From: a bacterium
GTDB lineage: Bacteria; SAR324; XYD2-FULL-50-16; G965216635
Direction: 5' to 3'
Length of the DNA: 64,000 nt
Assembly (NCBI GenBank): GCA_965216635.1
Contig: OZ244188.1
Coordinates: 1,344,001 to 1,408,000 of the forward strand
The notes under the pieces are model-generated. The model saw nothing but the letters and a program-made list of their open reading frames with translations, did no database searches and was not told the origin of the DNA. Below are positions 19,899 to 30,643 of the stretch, piece after piece (positions within the stretch are counted from its first letter, which is position 1; each line of letters starts with the position of its first letter). The translations under genes were made by a program, and so were the position numbers.

Positions 19899-20931
19899 TT
19901 ATATTTTTGTTTAATGGTTCTCCGTATTTTATATCCGTTTTTACCTTTTTACCAATGATTTCATCGTAGTATTTTGGACTTAAACCATTTGCGGGTCGTC
20001 TAATGAAGATATTATTTTTTGATAAAACATCTCCAGCTTTTAAATCTTTATTAACCCAGATTGAAGGTCTAAAAATCATAGAATTTTCTTCTTTTTCTGA
20101 CCTTTGATAAGATACGCTACCTTTTGCTTTATAAGCTTTTTTAGTTTCTTTCACTAAATTTTTTAGTTCTTCAGGCTCTATTGAAAAAGCTGAATCCACT
20201 CCACCATCACTACGTTTTAAGGTAAAGTGCTTTTCAATGACTGTAGCCCCATATCCTACGCTAGCAACGGCTACTCCAATACCTTGTGTATGATCGGAAA
20301 GTCCTACTTCGCAATCAAGAAATTTTTCTTGTAAATCTTTAATAGTAGTAAGATTTGCATCGCTAGCATCTGCGGGGTAATTGCTAGTGCATTTTAGTAA
20401 GGTGATATCGGCAGCTCCATTACTTTTTGCAGTATTATACGCTTCTTTGATTTCTGCTAAACTTGCCATACCAGTGGAAATGATCATTGGTTTTTTAGTT
20501 TGAGCTACTTTTTTAATAAGTGGTAAATGAATAATTTCAAAAGAGGCAATTTTATAGATAGGACAATGAATAGACTCTAAAAAATCAACCGCTGTTTCAT
20601 CAAACGGACTTGAAAAAGCTATAATGCCTAACTCTTTTGCTTTTTGAAAAATAGTTTCTTGCCACTCCCAAGGAGTATAGGCTTTCTCATAAAGCTCATA
20701 AAGATTTTTGCCATCCCAAAGATTGTTTTCATCGTTAATTCTAAAGTATTCATTATCAACATTTAAAGTGATGGTATCCGCACGATAGGTTTGCAATTTT
20801 ATAGCATCCGCTCCAGCCATTGCTGCAGCCTCCACTATATTTAAAGCACGTTCTAAACTTTTATTATGATTGCCCGACATCTCAGCTATTATGAAAGGAG
20901 GATTTAAATTTTTATCAAGAACTTGGGACAT
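19888..20931 (-). CDS. pseI: Pseudaminic acid synthase
   Basis: IIAEMSGNHN, AIKLQTYRADTIT, GLSDHT, VIEKHFTL, DGGVDSAFS, SAF domain; pse context. Confidence 0.93.
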   Translation of the reverse strand: MSQVLDKNLNPPFIIAEMSGNHNKSLERALNIVEAAAMAGADAIKLQTYRADTITLNVDNEYFRINDENNLWDGKNLYELYEKAYTPWEWQETIFQKAKELGIIAFSSPFDETAVDFLESIHCPIYKIASFEIIHLPLIKKVAQTKKPMIISTGMASLAEIKEAYNTAKSNGAADITLLKCTSNYPADASDANLTTIKDLQEKFLDCEVGLSDHTQGIGVAVASVGYGATVIEKHFTLKRSDGGVDSAFSIEPEELKNLVKETKKAYKAKGSVSYQRSEKEENSMIFRPSIWVNKDLKAGDVLSKNNIFIRRPANGLSPKYYDEIIGKKVKTDIKYGEPLNKNIIDF

Positions 20932-21075
20932 TTTAGATTTTTAGGTATGCACATATTTGTTTTTTATTTTTCATTATGAAAGCTACTTTTTTATAAAAAT
21001 TTAGGGTCTAGACAATTCAAATTTATTTAAATTTTCTATAACAGTTAAAATTATCAATTTGCTATATTTAATTCT

Positions 21076-21618
21076 TCAAGAAAACTTCTTTTCTACAATT
21101 CTTTTAAATTTTTTTTTGTTATTTTTCCATATATTTACCATTAGACTCATTGAGATAACTTTAATAACTTTTTTTTTTATCTTTTTTTTGAAAATCTTTA
21201 TTTTTTCAAAACCAAATTTATTATGTAAATTAATAACTTTCTCATTAAAACACATTACCTCACAATTTAATTTTACTAAATTCAATTGATTAAACGCATA
21301 TTCAATACTCAAATATTCCATGCCAACCCCAATGCCAGTAGAAGAATAATTATTATCTCCTAAATAAAAAGCCCAACTGGCTGTTTTATCTATATAATCT
21401 ATTTCTCTAAAACTTATTAATCCAACTACTTTTTTTTCAACAAAAACTAATAGATATTTTTTCGTTTTATCAGTTTTTATTTTATCAAACCATTTCTTTT
21501 GCTGTTCAGTTGAAATATAGTCATCGCTATACATATATTTAGCAACATGTTCAGAATTTCTCCAAACCCTAACTTGTTCTATATATTCTTCTGTTAATTC
21601 TGTAAGACTTACTTTCAT
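21076..21618 (-). CDS. pseH: PseH GNAT N-acetyltransferase
   Basis: VRVWRNSEHVAKYMY, WAFYLG, KLNCEV, LHNKFGF. Confidence 0.88.
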   Translation of the reverse strand: MKVSLTELTEEYIEQVRVWRNSEHVAKYMYSDDYISTEQQKKWFDKIKTDKTKKYLLVFVEKKVVGLISFREIDYIDKTASWAFYLGDNNYSSTGIGVGMEYLSIEYAFNQLNLVKLNCEVMCFNEKVINLHNKFGFEKIKIFKKKIKKKVIKVISMSLMVNIWKNNKKKFKRIVEKKFS

Positions 21619-22682
21619 AAAATATTCTTTATTAATTCTTTAAATTTAGAAGGAAAATCTAACATCTTAAAATTAAAATTATTACAAACTTCTATCAAAC
21701 TAGCAGTGATTGTTTTCTGGGTTATATTTTGGCTATTCCCTAAATATTTTATCACTCCATAATTTTGCAAGGCTTGACATACTTTAGTTTGATTGTCAGC
21801 GAGTGAGATAACAATAGCGGGTAGGTTAAGATAGCATCTTTCCCATGTGGTAGAACCTCCCCCACCTATAGATAAATCTACCCCGTGCATAATTTTCGCC
21901 ATACTTTCAATATAAGCTTGATATTCAAATCCATTTTCTTTACAGATATTTTTTATTTGCATTTGATACTTATTTTTAGCACCGATGACTAGAATATTAA
22001 ATTTTATACTCAGTTTTTGTTCAGCCTCAAGAGAGGCATTGACGGCTTTCAAAGTTAAATTATCCGGGTCAATACCACCGAAAAAAATCAAAATATTTTT
22101 AACTTCTTTTCTTTTTCTTTTTTTTATTTGATAAAATTGCTCGCGCAAAATGGCATAGCTTGGTCCGAGAAATTTCTGACAATTTTGTGGAACTAAATTA
22201 TCATAACTACTTTGATAATCATAATATAGGTTTTGATTTATAATTATATCACAATCTAGTTTTCTATTGGCGAGGTCATCAATCACAATAATTTCAGCAA
22301 CATTCCCCCTAATACTCTTTTGCCAATTTTGGTTTATAGAATAATGGTCAATGATTAAAGTAATATTTTTGCCTAAACTTTCTAAAATTTCTTTTACTTG
22401 TTTTGCATCTTCTTTCCAATCTACTTCAAGCCAATCTTGGTATGAAAAAAATTTAGGAAATAAAATTTTTTTGCTGGGTTTAGGGAGTTGTTTGACTACA
22501 AAATTTTCTTTTTCAATCCTATCTATTATATTTCCTTCAAGGTCACGGCATATAAAAACTACTTCTGCTTTCTCTTTTCTTAATTTTTCAGCCAAAGTCA
22601 AACAGCGCATCACATGACCAGTAGCAATCTTAAACGAAGAATCTACCCGAAAAACTATTTTATTTTTAATTGTCGCAATCAC
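21615..22682 (-). CDS. pseG: PseG UDP-sugar hydrolase
   Basis: FRVDSSFKIATGHVMRCLTLA, IIDHY, VIDDLANR, GGGSTTWER. Confidence 0.92.
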   Translation of the reverse strand: MIATIKNKIVFRVDSSFKIATGHVMRCLTLAEKLRKEKAEVVFICRDLEGNIIDRIEKENFVVKQLPKPSKKILFPKFFSYQDWLEVDWKEDAKQVKEILESLGKNITLIIDHYSINQNWQKSIRGNVAEIIVIDDLANRKLDCDIIINQNLYYDYQSSYDNLVPQNCQKFLGPSYAILREQFYQIKKRKRKEVKNILIFFGGIDPDNLTLKAVNASLEAEQKLSIKFNILVIGAKNKYQMQIKNICKENGFEYQAYIESMAKIMHGVDLSIGGGGSTTWERCYLNLPAIVISLADNQTKVCQALQNYGVIKYLGNSQNITQKTITASLIEVCNNFNFKMLDFPSKFKELIKNIL

Positions 22683-22712
22683 TAGAATGAAATAGAGATA
22701 TAACAGTTGCCT

Positions 22713-23888
22713 TTAGTTATTTTTATCAAAAAAAACATTCATAATTTTTACCACATAATTTTGTTCTTCTACTGTGAAGTCATAAAACATAGGCAAACTC
22801 ATTGTCCTTTCATAATAGTCTTCAGCATTGGGAAAATCGCCTTTTTTAAAACCTAATTTTTGATAAAATGGCTGAGTGTGGATTGGAATATAATGCACAT
22901 TTACTAAAATTTTATTTTGTCTTAAATGGTTGAATAATTTTTTGCGTAAATTTTGGTTATGCAAAGCAATCACATATAGATGAAAAGAGCTATATTGATT
23001 TGAATTTTGAAAAGGTAGATTTATTGGTAAGTTTTTTAGTAATTGATTGTATTTTTGTGCGATTTGATGTCTTTTTTTAATAAACAGATCTAATCTTTTG
23101 AGTTGTGAAGAACCGAGCGCAGCTTGAATATCTGTCATTCTATAATTGAAACCCAAATCAATCTGCTCGTAATACCAAGCATCTTTTTTGTTGCCCATCT
23201 GCTTTTTATCTCTAGTATTTCCGTGACTCCTCAATAAATTTAATTTGTGATCTATTTCTTTGTTGTTGGTTAAAGCTACCCCTCCCTCCGCAGTAGTAAT
23301 AACTTTGACTGGATGGAAACTAAAAACTGTAATATCACTGAATTTACAAGAACCAATTTTATGATTTAGATAAGATCCGCCAACAGCGTGAGAGGCATCT
23401 TCAATAATCTTAAAACCATACTCATCAGATAGTGCTTTGATTTTTTCCATATCGCAGGATTGACCTGAAAAATGCACTACGATAACTATCTTTGGTAATT
23501 TTCTCTGTTTTTTAGCTATTTTAAGTTTTTCTTCTAAAAGAACTGGGCAGATATTGTAAGTTTTTTCATCAATATCTACAAAATCAATTTTAGCACCGCA
23601 GTATAAAGCACAGTTACTGGAAGCTACAAAACTGTTAGGAGAAGTCCATGCTATGTCGTTTTTCGTTAAACCTAGTGCAAGACAAGAAATATGTAAGGCA
23701 GAAGTTGCACTATTGACCGCTGTGCAGTATTTGGCTTTAGTATAATTTGTAAGTTTATTTTCAAAATTTTCAATTTCTGGACCTTGGGTAATAAAATCAG
23801 ATTTGAGAACAGATATTACAGAGTTTATATCATCTTGATTGATATTTTGCTTTCCATAAGGTATAACGCGGGCAGTGTTTTTTTTCAT
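22713..23888 (-). CDS. pseC: PseC PLP-dependent aminotransferase
   Basis: IPYGKQ, NSATSALH, IIEDASHA, FSFHPVK, GFNYRMTD. Confidence 0.93.
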   Translation of the reverse strand: MKKNTARVIPYGKQNINQDDINSVISVLKSDFITQGPEIENFENKLTNYTKAKYCTAVNSATSALHISCLALGLTKNDIAWTSPNSFVASSNCALYCGAKIDFVDIDEKTYNICPVLLEEKLKIAKKQRKLPKIVIVVHFSGQSCDMEKIKALSDEYGFKIIEDASHAVGGSYLNHKIGSCKFSDITVFSFHPVKVITTAEGGVALTNNKEIDHKLNLLRSHGNTRDKKQMGNKKDAWYYEQIDLGFNYRMTDIQAALGSSQLKRLDLFIKKRHQIAQKYNQLLKNLPINLPFQNSNQYSSFHLYVIALHNQNLRKKLFNHLRQNKILVNVHYIPIHTQPFYQKLGFKKGDFPNAEDYYERTMSLPMFYDFTVEEQNYVVKIMNVFFDKNN

Positions 23889-23914
23889 ATTCCAAGAATA
23901 AAGCTTTATAATTT

Positions 23915-24895
23915 TTAGGAATATTTATGGATAAAGTTTTTCATATCATCAATAGCTAACCAGTCATCGTTCAAATCGCTTCTATAAATAAAATTTTCTT
24001 TAACTAGCTTAGACTTTAAATCATCCTTGACCTCTGGTAAAATAACATAATATTTACCTATATCTATAGTGTTTCTAGCATCATCACCAGAAATCATCAT
24101 TTCGTGCAATTTTTCACCTGCTCTAATACCGATAACTTTATGCTCCAAATTTGGAGCTATAACTTTGGCTATATCCGTGACCTTAACCGATGGAATTTTT
24201 TTTACAAATAATTCCTCCCCTTCCATTAGATCGCAAACCTCTATCACCATATCGACAGCCTGCTCTAGTTCTATCCAAAATCTTGTCATCCTTGTATCAG
24301 TGATTGGAATGTATTTAGCTTTATTTCTGACGCAATCCATAAAAAATGGAATAATAGAACCACGACTTGCTGAAACATTACCATATCTAACTACAGAAAA
24401 AAGAGTTTCTGAAAAACCTGAATAAGAGTTGGCGGCAATGAATAGTTTATCAGAACACAATTTTGTAGCCCCATATAGGTTTACAGGAGCGCAGGCTTTA
24501 TCTGTGCTTAAGGCAACAACTTTTTTTACATTATTTTCTATAGCAGCAGTAACAATATTTTGTGCCCCTAAAATATTTGTATTAATAGCTTCAAATGGAT
24601 TATATTCACAAAGAGGGACCTGCTTTAAGGCGGCAGCGTGAACAATTATATCAATTCCTTTAAACGCCATTCTTAATCTTTCTAAATCACGAACATCGCC
24701 AATGAAATATCTTATTTTTTCTTCGTCTTTAAATTCAAACATATTTTGAATTGTAAAATGTTTAAACTCATCTCTAGAAAAAATGACAATTTTCTTTAAA
24801 TTAGGAAAATCTTTTAGTATTTTTTTCAAAAATGCTTTACCAAAAGAGCCTGTGCCACCTGTGATTAATACTGATTTTGCAGTGTTTAAATTCAT
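23915..24895 (-). CDS. pseB: UDP-GlcNAc 4,6-dehydratase (inverting)
   Basis: ITGGTGSFG, HAAALKQVP, LSTDKA, NLYGATKL, MTRFWI. Confidence 0.95.
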   Translation of the reverse strand: MNLNTAKSVLITGGTGSFGKAFLKKILKDFPNLKKIVIFSRDEFKHFTIQNMFEFKDEEKIRYFIGDVRDLERLRMAFKGIDIIVHAAALKQVPLCEYNPFEAINTNILGAQNIVTAAIENNVKKVVALSTDKACAPVNLYGATKLCSDKLFIAANSYSGFSETLFSVVRYGNVSASRGSIIPFFMDCVRNKAKYIPITDTRMTRFWIELEQAVDMVIEVCDLMEGEELFVKKIPSVKVTDIAKVIAPNLEHKVIGIRAGEKLHEMMISGDDARNTIDIGKYYVILPEVKDDLKSKLVKENFIYRSDLNDDWLAIDDMKNFIHKYS

Positions 24896-24978
24896 TGAGT
24901 TGGATTAAAATTGTTAAATTTATTAATAGAACAAATAGTACAATAAAGATACAAAAGCAATAGCCTAGTATGCTAAAA

Positions 24979-25132
24979 TCTTCTTTAGAACATTTAGAAA
25001 CTACTATCAAAATAAACGAGAAATTCTAAACTCTTCTTTAGAACATTTAGAAACTACTATCAAAATAAACGAGAAATTCTAAACTCTTCTTTAGAACATT
25101 TAGAAACTACTATCAAAATAAACGAGAAATTC
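24979..25132. repeat. ~3x 53-bp tandem repeat
   Basis: TTCTTTAGAACATTTAGAAACTAC... at 24981, 25034, 25087. Confidence 0.92.
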
Positions 25133-25227
25133 AAAAAATAATTTGACTTTTGAGCTTTTTTGTTTTATCTAGTGATATTTTAACTATTCTAGTATAAAAA
25201 AAAATTTGGAGCAAACACACAGAAAAA

Positions 25228-25659
25228 ATGCCAAAAATAAACTACATAAAACTACAAAAATCTATTCATCGTCTGTTGGAACAATATGAAAACCATCTAG
25301 CTACAAAAGACGATTCTTCTTTAAAACAACTAGATAAAGATGCTATTCAAGAATCTGCGATTCAACGGTTTGAGGTGTGTTTTGATACAGCTTGGAAATC
25401 AATCAAAAAAGGGTTAGGAGAAAATATTGGCTTGCCTAAGAGTGAGATTCCGAGTGGTCCTAAGCCGCTTATTCGGTTGGCTTTTAAAAATGATTTAATT
25501 GTGAATATAGAAAGTTGGAACGAATATAACCAAGCTCGTATCAACACAAGCCATGATTATGCAGAAGAAAAAGCCCTTAGCACTATAAATGTAATATCTG
25601 ATTTTATAAAAGATGCAATAGAACTTTACGAACAACTTAGCGATGAAAAATGGAAGTAA
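25228..25659 (+). CDS. HEPN-domain protein (HI0074 family), putative toxin
   Basis: AIQRFEVCFDTAWKS and RINTSHDY (RX4H). Confidence 0.88.
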   Translation: MPKINYIKLQKSIHRLLEQYENHLATKDDSSLKQLDKDAIQESAIQRFEVCFDTAWKSIKKGLGENIGLPKSEIPSGPKPLIRLAFKNDLIVNIESWNEYNQARINTSHDYAEEKALSTINVISDFIKDAIELYEQLSDEKWK

Positions 25660-25948
25660 AAATTTCGACTTGGATGCAAAACAATTCAAATTGTTAAAAA
25701 ATATTTTAAAAGAAAAAGTCCACTCTAAAACTGTTTGGGCTTATGGTTCTAGGGTGGATGGCACTTCTAATAAAAGATCAGATTTAGATTTAGTTGTTTT
25801 TGATATTACAACCAAAGAGTTTTTAGATTTAAAAGAAGTTTTAGAAGAAAGCGATTTACTTGTATCTGTGGATCTTTTCCAGTGGCAAAAAATCCCAGAT
25901 TATTTTAGAATAAATATTAAGCAACAGTATCTTGTTATCCAACAATAA
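25643..25948 (+). CDS. Minimal nucleotidyltransferase (MNT), putative antitoxin
   Basis: VWAYGSRVDGTSNKRSDLDL (GSX10DXD); overlaps HEPN gene. Confidence 0.88.
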   Translation: MKNGSKNFDLDAKQFKLLKNILKEKVHSKTVWAYGSRVDGTSNKRSDLDLVVFDITTKEFLDLKEVLEESDLLVSVDLFQWQKIPDYFRINIKQQYLVIQQ

Positions 25949-26007
25949 GACGAGGTTTTTTATTTTATCACTCAAAATTTGAGTGACCTGTTTTTTTACA
26001 AAGTAAC

Positions 26008-26155
26008 TAGACCTTTGAATTTGCGTTATGTGACGGCTAGGCATCGTTAAAAATTTACAAAAAATACTCACAGAGTGTATGCTCCGCTTTTTTGTAAATT
26101 TTATGCCTTGCCTAGCCCCAATAGTTAAATAAGCATCAGCGAAATTAAAAAGTCT
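26008..26155. mobile_element. Palindromic MITE copy
   Basis: TAGACCTTTGAATTTGC ... GCGAAATTAAAAAGTCTA. Confidence 0.8.
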
Positions 26156-26252
26156 ATAAAAAAAATATTTTCTGTATAAAATGCTTTTCTTTTTTATAAA
26201 AGTATTGTATTATTCAATAATAAATTCTTAAATTTCACATAAACAGAACAAA

Positions 26253-28163
26253 ATGTCAGAACAGAAGAAAAATCAGCAGAAGAAAAAGGTATCTTCATCA
26301 GATAATCAAAAAAACGATCCTAAAGGGTATCCTCCAAAGAAAAATCCAAACAATCAGGCACCTCCTAAGAAAAACTATTCTATGTTATTCTTTTTGAGTT
26401 TAATACTGCTGGGTAGTTTCTTTTTTTATAATCTTTTCAATCAGACCAAACCGCAAGACCTTGTTATTTTTACCGATTTCACCAATCTAGTGGAATCTAG
26501 TGAAGTGGGTGAAGTGATTATTCAAGAAGAGCAAGCAAGATTCACCACCAACCAGAGCGAGAAAACTTTACGCACAATCATTCCTTTTTATTACAAAAAA
26601 GAATTAGGGAAGTATCTTTTTGAAAATGGAGTGAGATTTAAATATGCTGCTACTAGAGGGGGGAATCTATTTGTTAATATTTTAGCAACTTGGCTGCCGG
26701 TACTTTTGATTGTAGGAGTTTGGATTTTTATTTTTAAGCAAATGCAAGGAGGAAATAAACTCATTAATGTTGGACAGACGGCAATTACTGCGATTGATAG
26801 AAGTAAAATCACAACGACTTTTGAGGATGTGGTTGGAATTGAAGAAGCAAAAAACGAAGTATTAGATATAGTTCATTTTTTAAAGGATACCCAAAAATTT
26901 TTTGATATGGGTGGTAGGGTACCTACGGGTATTTTACTCTGTGGAAGTCCGGGCACAGGAAAAACGCTTTTAGCACGGGCAATAGCTGGAGAAGCTAATG
27001 CTAGTTTTTTTAGTGTTAGTGGTTCTAGTTTTGTAGAGATGTTTGTAGGTGTAGGTTCCAGTAGAGTCAGAGATTTGTTTAACAAAGCTAGAGCTAATAG
27101 ACCATCTATTATATTTATAGATGAGATTGATGCTATTGGAAGGCAAAGAGGATCAGGGCTTGGCGGAGGAAACGATGAAAGAGAGCAAACCCTAAATCAA
27201 TTACTCGTAGAAATGGATGGTTTTTCTAATCAAGAAGGTGTGATCGTGGTTGCAGCGACGAACAGACCCGATGTTTTAGACTCTGCTTTAACAAGACCAG
27301 GTCGTTTTGATCGTCAAGTGGTTGTGCCAATTCCAGATCTTGAAGGCAGAAAAAAAATACTCCAAGTTCATACTAAAGGGATCAAGGTAGCTAAAGATGT
27401 AAATTTAGACATAGTAGCCCAATCAACTACGGGAATGACGGGGGCGAGTCTTGCTAATCTTGCTAACGAAGCCGCTTTAATGGCTGGTAGGAGGAGAAAA
27501 AATTCTGTTGACCAAGAAGATTTTGAACTTGCTTTAGAGAAAATTATTATGGGACCTGCTAGAAAAAGTATGAAAATCACCGATGAAGAAAAGGAAATGA
27601 CAGCTATACACGAAGCAGGTCATGCTTTAGTTGCTGTGGCAAACAAATATGAAAATATTCTGCACAAGGTAACAATTGTACCTCATTCTCAAGCGCTGGG
27701 AGTGACTTTGTTTTTACCCAAAGAAGATCAAGTTTATGTTACTCGCAAACATTTATTAAAAAGTTTAGAAATGATGATGGGAGGTAGAGCTGCAGAAGAT
27801 GTGATTTACAAAAATTTTTCTACAGGTGCTAGCAATGATTTAGAAAGAGCCAGTCAACTTGCCTATCAAATGGTTTGCAACTGGGGAATGAGCAAAGATG
27901 TAGGACCCGTTTATCTAGCAGATGATAACGAGGATGTATTTTTGGGACAGCAGCTTTTTAAAAAGAAACTTATGGGACAAAAGACTGCGGTTATTGTAGA
28001 TACAGAAGTTCAAAATATTTTAAATAAGGCTTATAAAAACACGACAGCCATCTTAAAGAAAAACATCAAAACCCTCCGTCAAGTAGCTAAAAAATTGGTA
28101 GAAAAAGAAACCATAGATGGTGGTTGGGTGGCAGATGCTTTTAAAAAGAATCAAACTGCTTAG
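26253..28163 (+). CDS. ftsH: ATP-dependent zinc metalloprotease FtsH
   Basis: 2 TM, GSPGTGKT, DEIDA, EREQTLNQLLVEMDG, RPGRFDR, HEAGH. Confidence 0.98.
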   Translation: MSEQKKNQQKKKVSSSDNQKNDPKGYPPKKNPNNQAPPKKNYSMLFFLSLILLGSFFFYNLFNQTKPQDLVIFTDFTNLVESSEVGEVIIQEEQARFTTNQSEKTLRTIIPFYYKKELGKYLFENGVRFKYAATRGGNLFVNILATWLPVLLIVGVWIFIFKQMQGGNKLINVGQTAITAIDRSKITTTFEDVVGIEEAKNEVLDIVHFLKDTQKFFDMGGRVPTGILLCGSPGTGKTLLARAIAGEANASFFSVSGSSFVEMFVGVGSSRVRDLFNKARANRPSIIFIDEIDAIGRQRGSGLGGGNDEREQTLNQLLVEMDGFSNQEGVIVVAATNRPDVLDSALTRPGRFDRQVVVPIPDLEGRKKILQVHTKGIKVAKDVNLDIVAQSTTGMTGASLANLANEAALMAGRRRKNSVDQEDFELALEKIIMGPARKSMKITDEEKEMTAIHEAGHALVAVANKYENILHKVTIVPHSQALGVTLFLPKEDQVYVTRKHLLKSLEMMMGGRAAEDVIYKNFSTGASNDLERASQLAYQMVCNWGMSKDVGPVYLADDNEDVFLGQQLFKKKLMGQKTAVIVDTEVQNILNKAYKNTTAILKKNIKTLRQVAKKLVEKETIDGGWVADAFKKNQTA

Positions 28164-28284
28164 TGTAATTGCTTAACTTCCCAAGGTCTTCTTAAAGTCA
28201 GCACTACTCTGAATGCCCCCCAAAATAAAACGAAAATGAACTAATCTTATTTTGGCAAAAACAACTCTTTAGATTTTTATGTAG

Positions 28285-29265
28285 ATGGCTCTAGAAAAAA
28301 ATATTATAAATACTGGCAAGTATTTTTGTTTACAAAATTTCGCTTGTTTAAAAGTGGTGGGTAAAGATGCTAAAGTTTTTTTGCAAAACTTAATAGCCAA
28401 CGATATAGAGTTATTAGAAAAAAATAACAGCTTATCCTCTGTAATCACCAATACTTTAGGTAAAGTAAAATTTTTAGTTTTTATTCAAAAAACAGAACCA
28501 GAAAAAACAGAACCAGAAAAATTAGAGTTAGGATATTTTTTATTTTGTGAACCAGAAAATATCAAAAAATTACAAGATCATTTAGAATTTTTTCATATTA
28601 TAGAGGAAGTCCGCTTTATCACTGAAAAATCCAGAGAATTATTTTATCTTTTATCTACTAATCCTGAGAATACTTTTCCGCTGCAAGCATTAGAAAAGCA
28701 ATCACTAGAAAAGCAAGCCAATAGTCAATTAGCAAAAGAAGAAACTAACAATCATAAACCACCTCATTACAATATTTTTTTACAAGCACGTCATTACCTT
28801 TTATTGCAAGCAGACAAAGATGTTTTTATTCCATTTTTAGCAAAGCACAATATTACCCAAAGAATCGCTTCATCCGAATTAGAAAAATTAAGACCTATTT
28901 TTGCAATGAGTAAAGCGGGAGAAAATTTAGATTACGGTGAAAAAAATCTACCTCAGGAATGTGGCATGCATGATTTTATCAGTCTTACAAAAGGCTGTTT
29001 TGTAGGACAAGAGGGCATAGCTCGTCTACATTACAAAGGAAAAGTAATGCGAAGACTCTCGCAAATTATTTCTGAAAAACCACTAATGCAAGAAGATAAA
29101 ATCACTAACAAAAAACAAATTTTAGGCAGAATTACTTCTGTCTCTGCTATATCTTACTTAGGTGATTTTTATTCTTTGGGCTACATTAAAACTATGTTTC
29201 AAGAAAAAAAAGACGCTCTTTTTAGTACAAATGGGATAGTTGTCAAAAAAATCATCCCGTTGTAA
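28285..29265 (+). CDS. ygfZ: Folate-binding Fe-S repair protein YgfZ
   Basis: KGCFVGQE motif; G.DA..FLQ N-terminus. Confidence 0.88.
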   Translation: MALEKNIINTGKYFCLQNFACLKVVGKDAKVFLQNLIANDIELLEKNNSLSSVITNTLGKVKFLVFIQKTEPEKTEPEKLELGYFLFCEPENIKKLQDHLEFFHIIEEVRFITEKSRELFYLLSTNPENTFPLQALEKQSLEKQANSQLAKEETNNHKPPHYNIFLQARHYLLLQADKDVFIPFLAKHNITQRIASSELEKLRPIFAMSKAGENLDYGEKNLPQECGMHDFISLTKGCFVGQEGIARLHYKGKVMRRLSQIISEKPLMQEDKITNKKQILGRITSVSAISYLGDFYSLGYIKTMFQEKKDALFSTNGIVVKKIIPL

Positions 29266-29296
29266 AAAAATTTTGAATCTGTTACCATAACAAACT

Positions 29297-30643
29297 ATGA
29301 AAAAACCAGACTGGAATCCGCACTCTTGGAATACAAAAGCTTTTGCAAAAAAACAACAGCCCCAATGGAGCAACGAAGACAAACTCAAAAAAATCGTTCA
29401 GAAAATCAAAAAATTACCTCCGCTTGTTTTTGCGGGCGAAATTAGAAATCTCAAAAAACATTTGGTGCGAGTAGGTCGCGGGGAAGCTTTTTTATTACAA
29501 GGAGGCAGTTGTGCTGAATCCTTTGAAGATTGTACTGCAATTGGCGTTCGTGAAGATTTAAAAGTTTTATTGCAGATGGCTTTAATTCTTAGTTATACTG
29601 GTAGCAAGCAGGTTATCAAAGTTGGCAGAATAGCGGGACAATTTGCAAAACCGCGTTCCAAAGATACAGAAACTATAGACGGGATAGAGCTACCTTCTTA
29701 CAGAGGAGATATGGTCAACCGATCGCAACACCAAGAACAATCCCGAATTCCCAATCCTGAAAATTTACTTCAAGCCTATTTTTATTCTGCATCAACCTTG
29801 AATCTTTTAAGAGCTTTTACCAAAGGAGGTTTTGCATCTTTGGAATGGATTGATCAATGGAATCAAAAATTTGTCAGAGCCACAAAGAAAGGAAAACTCT
29901 ACAAAAACATAGCTGCTGAAATAGAAAAAGCGATACAATTTTTCTCTACAATAGGAATATCCTCCCCAGAAATGTACGAGGTAGAATATTTTACTTCTCA
30001 CGAAGCTCTAATTTTGGAATACGAAGAGGCTTTAACTAGGCAAGACTCCCTTGCTACTTCTAAAGATTGGTATAACTGCAGTGCTCATTTTCTATGGATA
30101 GGTGATAGGACAAGAAATCTAGATAGTGCCCATTTAGAGCTTTTACGCGGAGTAGTCAATCCCATAGGTATCAAGGTAGGACCAAACCACGATGCGAAAG
30201 AAATTATTCAGCTGATAGAAAAACTCAATCCCTCCCAAGAAGAAGGAAAAATTGTTTTAATTACCCGCTTTGGACATAAAAACATCAAAACTTATTTAGC
30301 TCCTCTGATTCAAAAAGTTCTAAAAGCAGGACATCCGGTTGTTTGGAGTTGTGATCCTATGCACGGCAATACTTACTCAACAAAAAATCATAAAACTCGC
30401 AATTTTAAGGAAATTATGAAAGAAGTAGAAATTTTTTTTAAAATTCACCACGCAGAAGGAACGCACCCTGGAGGCATTCATGTAGAACTAACAGGACAAA
30501 ATGTAACCGAATGCGTCGGAGGTCTAAATCGTATTAGAGAAAAAGATTTATACCAAAATTATCTTACACAATGCGACCCCCGTTTGAACGCAGAACAAGG
30601 AATAGAGATGGCATTTAGAATTGCGTCTTTTTTCAAAAAGTAA
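29297..30643 (+). CDS. Class II DAHP synthase
   Basis: LPPLVFAGE, GRIAGQFAKPRS, LPSYRGD, CDPMHGNT, CDPRLN. Confidence 0.96.
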   Translation: MKKPDWNPHSWNTKAFAKKQQPQWSNEDKLKKIVQKIKKLPPLVFAGEIRNLKKHLVRVGRGEAFLLQGGSCAESFEDCTAIGVREDLKVLLQMALILSYTGSKQVIKVGRIAGQFAKPRSKDTETIDGIELPSYRGDMVNRSQHQEQSRIPNPENLLQAYFYSASTLNLLRAFTKGGFASLEWIDQWNQKFVRATKKGKLYKNIAAEIEKAIQFFSTIGISSPEMYEVEYFTSHEALILEYEEALTRQDSLATSKDWYNCSAHFLWIGDRTRNLDSAHLELLRGVVNPIGIKVGPNHDAKEIIQLIEKLNPSQEEGKIVLITRFGHKNIKTYLAPLIQKVLKAGHPVVWSCDPMHGNTYSTKNHKTRNFKEIMKEVEIFFKIHHAEGTHPGGIHVELTGQNVTECVGGLNRIREKDLYQNYLTQCDPRLNAEQGIEMAFRIASFFKK

